A stretch of DNA of 64,000 nucleotides from the NCBI GenBank assembly GCA_963813785.1, contig CAWFAJ010000010.1, positions 86,475 through 150,474 of the forward strand, given 5' to 3'. This DNA comes from an uncultured delta proteobacterium (lineage in GTDB: Bacteria > Desulfobacterota > Binatia > Binatales > Binataceae). The first letter of the stretch is position 1. Every line of letters starts with the position of its first letter. The notes beneath the pieces were generated by a model that did not search any database, was not told the DNA's origin, and saw only the letters and a list, made by a program, of their open reading frames with translations. The translations under genes were made by a program, and so were the position numbers. Below are positions 57,620 to 64,000 of the stretch, piece after piece.

Positions 57620-58861
57620 TCACGCCCGCATCATCACGAGCTGCATCCCGCTCAGGCTCAGCACGTCGTTGGTGCCGTCCTCGATTAGCGAGGCACGGGC
57701 ATCGCGGAAGATTTTCTCGATCCCGTACTCCTTGCTCAGCCCGTTGCCGCCAAACACCTGCAGCGCATCGCTGGCGACCTCGAAGGCCGCCTGAGTACAG
57801 AAAACTTTCGCTGCCATCGCGTACTCGAGCGCCGGGATCGCCGCGGCGTCGTTGTATTCCATCGCCGCACGCGACAGGCGTCGGCAGGCCTCAACCTTGG
57901 TAAACATTTCGAACAGACGCTTCTGAACCAGTTGATGCTCGGAGATCGGCTTGCCGCCCTGGATTCGTTGCTTCGAGTAGTCCAGCGCCGCCTCGAACGC
58001 CGCTCGCGCGACGCCGGTGAACACGGCGCTCATAGTGCCGTTGGCCTTCGTCAACACCTGCATCCCGAACAGTTCGAAGCTGCCCGGCTCGGCAAGCATG
58101 AAGCGAGCGGGAATGCGAACGTTGTCGAAGAAGATTTCGCCCTGATTGAGCGCACGCTGTCCAATTTTGTTAAGCGGCTTGCCCTTGGACACCCCTGGCA
58201 AGTCGAACGGAACGAAAGCCGCGGCGCCGGCGCGCGGTTGGCCGCTGTCTGATGCCGCCATCAGGTAGGTCAGTCCGTGGGTCGCGATGGTGCCGTTGGA
58301 TACCCACGCCGCCTTTTGACCGTTGATGACGTAATCGTCGCCCTCGCGGCGCGCGATGACGCGCCCTCCGCGATTGCTAGGATCCGCGTCGTCGAGGATC
58401 GAGGAGCCCCAATCGGAGCCGTGCGCCGGCTCGGTGACCGGCCAGCATCCGATGTATTTGGCCTCGCGATCGGCGACAAACGGCTTGACGTATCGATCTA
58501 TCAACTCGCGATTGCCGCTAGCCGCGAGCGCCTCGAACGGAAAGCCGGCAACCGCGAGACTGATCGCGAGGCCTGCGCTGCCCCATCCTAATTCCTCGAG
58601 GAAAACGTGCATTCCAAGGCCGTGCAGCCCCAAGCCTCCAAACTCCGTCGGAATCATCGCCGCGTGGTAGCCGAGTTGGTACGCCGACCTATAGAACTTC
58701 CACAGGATCGAGTCAGGCGCGATCACCTGCTGCGGGTCGGCGAGGCGGTCGAGCGCGATCGCCGCGGGGCGCAGCACGTTTTTCGCGAAGCGATGGACCG
58801 CGTCCTTGAGTTCCGCGATCTCCTGGGGGAAATCGACGTCGAGTTCCAGGTAAGTCTCCAT
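57620..58861 (-). CDS. Acyl-CoA dehydrogenase (paralog of 54396-55598)
   Basis: EELGWG, TEPAHGSD, GQKAWVSN, KIGQRALNQGEIFFD, QVFGGNG. Confidence 0.93.
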   Translation of the reverse strand: METYLELDVDFPQEIAELKDAVHRFAKNVLRPAAIALDRLADPQQVIAPDSILWKFYRSAYQLGYHAAMIPTEFGGLGLHGLGMHVFLEELGWGSAGLAISLAVAGFPFEALAASGNRELIDRYVKPFVADREAKYIGCWPVTEPAHGSDWGSSILDDADPSNRGGRVIARREGDDYVINGQKAAWVSNGTIATHGLTYLMAASDSGQPRAGAAAFVPFDLPGVSKGKPLNKIGQRALNQGEIFFDNVRIPARFMLAEPGSFELFGMQVLTKANGTMSAVFTGVARAAFEAALDYSKQRIQGGKPISEHQLVQKRLFEMFTKVEACRRLSRAAMEYNDAAAIPALEYAMAAKVFCTQAAFEVASDALQVFGGNGLSKEYGIEKIFRDARASLIEDGTNDVLSLSGMQLVMMRA

Positions 58862-58891
58862 CGCGCTTGCTCCTCTTTGTTTCTTGCGGGT

Positions 58892-59743
58892 TCAATCCTT
58901 GTTGGCGTTGGGCGCGGGAGGCACGAAGTTGGGGACTATCTCGAGCGCCTTGTGCAGGAATTCCAGTTCTTTCTGCCGGTACTTAAGCGGCGCGGACGCC
59001 TGGATCATGCCGTCGCGCTTGAGCTCCTCGACCACCCGCAGGTCGCGCTCGAACGGATTGCCGTGCTCGTTGACGAAGTAGAGCTGCTCGAAGGGAAGCT
59101 TGGGGCGCTGGCCGCCGGCCTCGCGGCTCTCGAGCGGGTACCCGACCGTCATCAGCACCAGCAGATGCGCCGATTCAGGCAGCTTGAACAGCTTGCGCAT
59201 CTTCTTCTCGCGCGGGCCGTCCAGTGAGCCGGTGCCGATGCAGCAGGTGCCGAGCCCCTCGTCGTAGGCGACCAGGGTCGCCTGCGCGATGCCCTGTCCG
59301 CAGTCCATGTCGGTGAGCCCGGTCTGCATGATCCCGTCGTAGTTCTGCTTGAAGTAGGGGATGACCACGGCGTCGAGGAACTGATGCTCGACTGCGGGAT
59401 CCAGACCCATCACGCGCGCGTCGGTCAACTCATGCAGGCGGTCGCCCTGAGTGGCGTGACCGGTCTTGCGATCGAAAATTGCTTCCTCGACCCAGTACCA
59501 GAGAATCACAACCGGCGCGTGTTTCAACTGCGAGGTCCCAAGCGGTGCAACCAGCGCGGCCCATTTCTCCGGCGGCGATTCTCCGCGGACCATCACGATC
59601 GCGCGCAGCGCCTGCACATTGCCCCAGAACGAGGCGATCCGCGCCGCCTCCAGCATCTTCTGGATCTTTTCCCGCTCGACCGGGCGATACGGGTTATAGA
59701 AGCGGATCGTGCGCCTGATTCCGATAGCCTGTTTAAGTTCCAT
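58892..59743 (-). CDS. Nitroreductase family protein (long, with insertion)
   Basis: AIGIRRTIRFY, LEAARIAS, DCGQ..LVAYDEGLGTC, VGYP. Confidence 0.85.
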   Translation of the reverse strand: MELKQAIGIRRTIRFYNPYRPVEREKIQKMLEAARIASFWGNVQALRAIVMVRGESPPEKWAALVAPLGTSQLKHAPVVILWYWVEEAIFDRKTGHATQGDRLHELTDARVMGLDPAVEHQFLDAVVIPYFKQNYDGIMQTGLTDMDCGQGIAQATLVAYDEGLGTCCIGTGSLDGPREKKMRKLFKLPESAHLLVLMTVGYPLESREAGGQRPKLPFEQLYFVNEHGNPFERDLRVVEELKRDGMIQASAPLKYRQKELEFLHKALEIVPNFVPPAPNANKD

Positions 59744-59759
59744 TGCGTGCTTCTCCCTC

Positions 59760-61346
59760 TCAGCTGGCGCGGGCCGGCGGCGGCGCCGCGGCCTTGTCAT
59801 AATCCCAGGTCGTGGCGGTCACCCCCTGTTTCTTGAGCACCGCTTTCTGGACCCGATGGGTTTCGGTCTTGGGCAGGCTTTCGCGGAAGTCGAGGTAGCG
59901 CGGCACCATGAACTTCGCCATCCGCTCCTCGCAAAAGCGGCGCAGTTCCGCGGGCGCGACGCTATGCCCCGGGCGCAGCACCACCGCGACCATCACGTCA
60001 TCCTCGCCCAGCTCGGACGGCACGCCAAAGGCGCCCGACTCGAGCACCGCGGGATGCTGGTTGACGATCTTCTCGACTTCGTAGGATGAGATATTCTCGC
60101 CGCGCCGGCGCATCGAGTCGGTTTTGCGATCGGCGAAGAAATAATTGCCCTCGGCGTCGCAGTACGCCATGTCGCCGGTGTACAGCCATCCATCGCGGAT
60201 CTTGGCGTCGGTGGCGTCGGGGTTCTTGAAATACTCGACCCGGCGCGCATTCGGGTCATCGATCTTGAAGATAAGGTTGCCCGCTTCTCCGACCGCGCAT
60301 TCGGCGCCGTTGTCGTCAACCACCTTGGCCTGGATTCCCGGCGGTGCTTTGCCCATCGAGCCCTTGGGTGAAGTCCCCGCGTTGAACAGGCTGAATCCGC
60401 CGCCATCGACCGCTCCGTAGCCTTCCCACACGGTCAGGTTGAAGCGCTTCTCGAATTCCGCCCATGCCCATGCCGGAGTCGCGGCACTGAAGACGATCCG
60501 CACCGTGTTGTCGGCGTCATCGGGGCGCGGCGGCTGCTTGAGCAGGATCGGAATCATCGCGCCGAGTGCGTTGAAAGTCGTCGCGCGGTAGCGGCGGATA
60601 TCGTCCCAGAAGCGGCTCGCGCTGAAGCGGCGTCCGAGCGCGACCACGTAGCCTGCCACCAGCCCGCGAATCACGCTCAGGAACAGAGCGTTGGCGTGAA
60701 ACAGCGGCAGGCAGGTATAGAGGACGTCGCCCGGCTGGTAGCCCGCGCCGGCCGCGGCGAACATCCCGAACCCGCGATACCGAAAAACCACGCCCTTGGG
60801 CAGCCCGGTGGTGCCCGACGTGTACAGCAGCGCCGCGATCGCGCCGGCGTCGAGCGTGACCTGGGGCTCGTCGGCCGGCGCCTTCGCCAGTTCGGCCAGC
60901 GTGATTGCCCCGGGCGGCATCGCGAAGCCCGCAGGCGCTTCAATCGTGTCCACGATGAGATGCTTGATCGCAGGAAGGGTCCCGCGAATCGGCAGCAGCG
61001 CCTCGACCAGATCGGCCGAGATGAACAGCGCCTTTGCTTCCGAGTGATTCAGAATGTACGCGAGGCCCTCGCCCTTGAGCGCGATATTGACCGGAACCGC
61101 GTAGGTGCCAAGCTTCTGGGTGGCGAAGAACGCATCGAGGAACTCCGGCCGGTTCGGCATCATGATCGCGATACCGTCGCGCGGCTTGATACCCAGTCCG
61201 GTAAGCCCATTGGCAACCCGGTTGGTGCGCTGGTTGAGCTGCCCGTAGGTGATTTGCTGGTCCTCGAACCGCAAGAAGACCTTGTCGGGATCGGCTGCGG
61301 CCTTCTCCCGCAGGGCTTTTGCCAATGAGAAGAATTCCTCCGCCAT
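59760..61346 (-). CDS. Acyl-CoA synthetase (CaiC/crotonobetaine-CoA ligase-like)
   Basis: YTSGTTGLPKG, LPLFH, EGYG, TGD, RRRGENISS, LPKT. Confidence 0.93.
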   Translation of the reverse strand: MAEEFFSLAKALREKAAADPDKVFLRFEDQQITYGQLNQRTNRVANGLTGLGIKPRDGIAIMMPNRPEFLDAFFATQKLGTYAVPVNIALKGEGLAYILNHSEAKALFISADLVEALLPIRGTLPAIKHLIVDTIEAPAGFAMPPGAITLAELAKAPADEPQVTLDAGAIAALLYTSGTTGLPKGVVFRYRGFGMFAAAGAGYQPGDVLYTCLPLFHANALFLSVIRGLVAGYVVALGRRFSASRFWDDIRRYRATTFNALGAMIPILLKQPPRPDDADNTVRIVFSAATPAWAWAEFEKRFNLTVWEGYGAVDGGGFSLFNAGTSPKGSMGKAPPGIQAKVVDDNGAECAVGEAGNLIFKIDDPNARRVEYFKNPDATDAKIRDGWLYTGDMAYCDAEGNYFFADRKTDSMRRRGENISSYEVEKIVNQHPAVLESGAFGVPSELGEDDVMVAVVLRPGHSVAPAELRRFCEERMAKFMVPRYLDFRESLPKTETHRVQKAVLKKQGVTATTWDYDKAAAPPPARAS

Positions 61347-61353
61347 AGTTCTC

Positions 61354-62481
61354 CTATGCCGCCAGAATGTGGATGCAGGCGGCGCCGCCGAAGCCCTGAC
61401 AATGCGCCAGGCCGATCTTCGCGTCGCGTACCTGGCGCGGTCCCGACTCGCCTCTGAGTTGCTCGACGATTTCCACAATTTGCGCAACTCCGGTTGCGCC
61501 GAGCGGATGGCCCTTGGCCAGCAGCCCGCCGGAGCTGCTCACGGACACCCGTCCGTTGATGGCGCTCAACCCCTGTTCGACAAACTTTCCGCCTTCGCCA
61601 CGCTCGCACAGTCCAAGGTTTTCATAGTGGACGATTTCGGCGATCGCGAAGCAGTCGTGCAGTTCGATCACGTCGAGGTCGTCGGGCTTGAGGCCGGACT
61701 GCTGATATGCGAGCGACGCCGCGCGCGTGTTTATCTCGGTCACGAACGCCAGCGGGTCGCTTGCGGCTCGCTCCGATTGCAGCACGGAGGCGACGATGGT
61801 CGCCGGCTTGCGCGGCGTGGTGCGCGCGAAGTCCGCGCGCGCGATGATCGCGGCGGCCGCTCCTGAACTGGTCGGACAGCACATCATCAGGGTCAGCGGA
61901 TCGGCGACCATGCGAGAGCCGATGACATCTTCCACCCCGACCTCGATGCCGTACTGCGCTTTGGGATTGTGCGAGGCGTTGCGATGGTTCTTCACCGATA
62001 CCATCGCCATCTGCTCAACCGTGGTACCGTACTTCTTGCTGTGCGCGCGGAAGACCTCGGCGAACATCTCGGGCATCGGCGCCGAGCGTTTCGCTTGCGA
62101 CGGAGCCGCCAGTCGCGGGTCGGCTGCCAGCGGCCCACGCTGCATCTTCTCGAATCCCACCGCCAACGCCACGTCGACCACGCCGGCCCGCACCGCCATC
62201 ACCGCCTGGTGAAAGGCGGTCGAACCGGTCGCGCACGCATTCTCCACGTTGATGATTGGGATGCCGGTGGCACCGACGCGATTGAGGAGCCGCTGGCCGG
62301 CCGTGATCCCCTGCATCGCGTGGCCGCAGCAGGCCATTTGGATCGCCGAATAGTCGAGTCCCGCATCGGCCAGAGCGGCATCAATCGCTTCCTTACCGAA
62401 ATCCTCGAAGGATTCCTCCGGGTGCCGTCCGAACGCCGACATTCCGACTCCGATCACGCACACATTGGGACTGTCAATCAT
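61354..62481 (-). CDS. Thiolase family protein (SCP-x type)
   Basis: VENACATG, KNH, CCPTSSG, ELHDCF, GGLLAKGHPLGATG. Confidence 0.92.
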   Translation of the reverse strand: MIDSPNVCVIGVGMSAFGRHPEESFEDFGKEAIDAALADAGLDYSAIQMACCGHAMQGITAGQRLLNRVGATGIPIINVENACATGSTAFHQAVMAVRAGVVDVALAVGFEKMQRGPLAADPRLAAPSQAKRSAPMPEMFAEVFRAHSKKYGTTVEQMAMVSVKNHRNASHNPKAQYGIEVGVEDVIGSRMVADPLTLMMCCPTSSGAAAAIIARADFARTTPRKPATIVASVLQSERAASDPLAFVTEINTRAASLAYQQSGLKPDDLDVIELHDCFAIAEIVHYENLGLCERGEGGKFVEQGLSAINGRVSVSSSGGLLAKGHPLGATGVAQIVEIVEQLRGESGPRQVRDAKIGLAHCQGFGGAACIHILAA

Positions 62482-62522
62482 TTTAAGCCTCCAGCAAGCT
62501 ATTTTTGGGGAACAATGATGGA

Positions 62523-62539
62523 ATGCAACCGATATGCCA
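62523..62539 (-). promoter_or_regulatory. sigma54 (-24/-12) promoter of thiolase operon
   Basis: Minus strand TGGCATATCGGTTGCAT = TGGCA..GG-N10-GC..TTGCA, ~40 nt upstream of thiolase ATG. Confidence 0.75.
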
Positions 62540-62807
62540 TGGGCATGGTGAGATGGACCGGTACTGCTGGGCAATCAACATTTCGAATTAAGCAGCCTAA
62601 TCGCCAGCCCGCACATGATGCCGTTCGCATCATAGAGGTCGGCTGTGATGCGAACGGAAGCACTCGGGCGCTTCGACGCGTTCGAGCGCGCCTCGGGTGC
62701 GTTTCGCGCCGCGGCTGAGGATTTCGAGCGGACGGGAACCTCGGCAAAGGAACCAATCGCTACGGGTTGATGAAATCGGAGACTCAAAAGAAATTTCGGG
62801 TTCTGGG

Positions 62808-63230
62808 TCATGAACCAAAAGCCCCGGCAAGCTTTCGAACTGTCGCGACGATATCGTCGCTCGACGTTCCTGCGCCGAAGACTGCGGACACACCCTTTTC
62901 GAGGAGGCGCGCCTTATCTGAAGGGCTGATAACCGACCCGCCGATCATGAGTGGGATGCGTTCACCTCCTCGCTCGAGGGCTCGGAGAAGGTCCTCCAAA
63001 TAATGAATGTACTCCCACGAATGACAGCTTATGCCGACTACGTCAGCCGACTCTTCAACCGCAGCCGCAGCGACCGATTCGGGCGAGGCAAACCGGCCAA
63101 GGTAGATCACCTCCACGCCCGCATCGCGAAGCATCGCGCTGACAGCCAAAGCTCCCGTCTCATGTTGGTCGAGGCCGAGAATCGCGATCAGCACTCGTAC
63201 CCGTTTACCGTTTCGAGCTTCAGCTTCCAT
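62808..63230 (-). CDS. Cobalamin-binding small subunit of acyl-CoA mutase
   Basis: GLDQHETGA (DxHxxG), LRDAGVEVIYLG, VGIS, IGG. Confidence 0.9.
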   Translation of the reverse strand: MEAEARNGKRVRVLIAILGLDQHETGALAVSAMLRDAGVEVIYLGRFASPESVAAAAVEESADVVGISCHSWEYIHYLEDLLRALERGGERIPLMIGGSVISPSDKARLLEKGVSAVFGAGTSSDDIVATVRKLAGAFGS

Positions 63231-63238
63231 CGTGCGTC

Positions 63239-64000
63239 CTAGAAGGGAGCGGGCGTGCCGGAGAGTGGATCGTACCGCATCCCGTACGCCATCCGCATAG
63301 CACCTGAGACCTCGCCGAGCGTGGCGTCGGCCGCAAGCGCTGAGATCGCCGGCTCGATCAACGATTCTTTGGGGTCGGCGGCGCGCGAGCGGAGCTCCGT
63401 CAGGGTGGCGCGGACACGTGCGTGGTCGCGCGTTCGCTTGAACTCACGGATGCGCTCGATGTGATCCAGGGACGGCTCGATCTTCGTCTCGACGACCTCC
63501 CGGAGCATCGTGTCCTCTTCCTCCGGGATCTGACAGACGTTCACGCCAACCTTCGCAACCGATCCGTTCTGGATCTCCGCGGCACGCGTTATCATCGCCT
63601 GCTCCAGGAGGCGCCGGAAATAACCTCTGTTGCTCAGATCCACCGGGTCGCCCAGAGCCTCGATCTCGTGGATGCGGTCCGCGATCCGGCGTTCCAGCTT
63701 GTTAGTGAGACTTTCCACATAATACGAGCCACCCAGGGGATCGGCGACTTTGGTGCAATCGGTTTCGAGCCCGATGATCTGCTGGGTCCGAAGTGCGAGG
63801 AGATGGGCCTCCCGGCTGGGCGTCCGATACGCCTCGTCGAATGTCGAGATTTCCATTGCCTGTACCCCGGCGAGCGCGAGCGCCACGGCCTGAACCGCGC
63901 CGCGGACGACGTTGTTTGCCGGCTGCTGGGCAGTCAACGCGCTACCCGCAGTATGCGCAGTAATGTTGGCCGACCACGAACGCGAGTCCTTCGCTCCGAA
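63239..64000 (-). CDS. Methylmalonyl-CoA mutase-family large subunit (5'-truncated by window edge), divergent
   Basis: LTAQQPANNVVR, DEA, ALRTQQII, DPLGGSYYVESLT, VGVN, ATLGE; frame open to 64000. Confidence 0.9.
   Translation of the reverse strand, partial: FGAKDSRSWSANITAHTAGSALTAQQPANNVVRGAVQAVALALAGVQAMEISTFDEAYRTPSREAHLLALRTQQIIGLETDCTKVADPLGGSYYVESLTNKLERRIADRIHEIEALGDPVDLSNRGYFRRLLEQAMITRAAEIQNGSVAKVGVNVCQIPEEEDTMLREVVETKIEPSLDHIERIREFKRTRDHARVRATLTELRSRAADPKESLIEPAISALAADATLGEVSGAMRMAYGMRYDPLSGTPAPF

Overview
GC-rich bacterial chromosomal window. The gene repertoire (many SDR/LLM/acyl-CoA enzymes, mycofactocin-type SDR, sigma54 promoters, Pro-Arg-His-Lys tRNA cluster) is suggestive of a soil Binatota/deltaproteobacteria-like genome, but this is inference only. 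Contents: housekeeping and redox genes; a 4-tRNA cluster; cydAB; a partly eroded zwf-tal-GH144-HAD-ackA-xfp carbon island; an orphan fixC-fixX operon with three uncharacterised genes; an HxlR-controlled molybdopterin oxidoreductase; a DOMON/DUF1460/GT2/DUF4922/SpoIID cell-wall cluster; a TAT-exported PaoABC-like Mo-hydroxylase operon with extra membrane and Cys-rich genes; a sigma54 thiolase/CoA-ligase/nitroreductase/acyl-CoA dehydrogenase operon; and a divergent two-subunit B12 acyl-CoA mutase. The best novelty candidates are an unannotated ~115-nt sigma54-dependent sRNA with CUCCCC anti-SD loops (12327-12442, minus), an AI-2E transporter fused to a CarH-like cobalamin-binding module, and the fixCX-plus-unknown-flavoprotein operon. 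Also present are a 154-bp MITE, a solo IS21 end, a 31-bp direct repeat bracketing an orphan gene, at least 8 short gene relics missed by the ORF track, and four +1 frameshifts that may be read errors. No CRISPR array, rRNA, integrase or intact transposase was seen. All family calls are from motif recognition by eye, not database searches.
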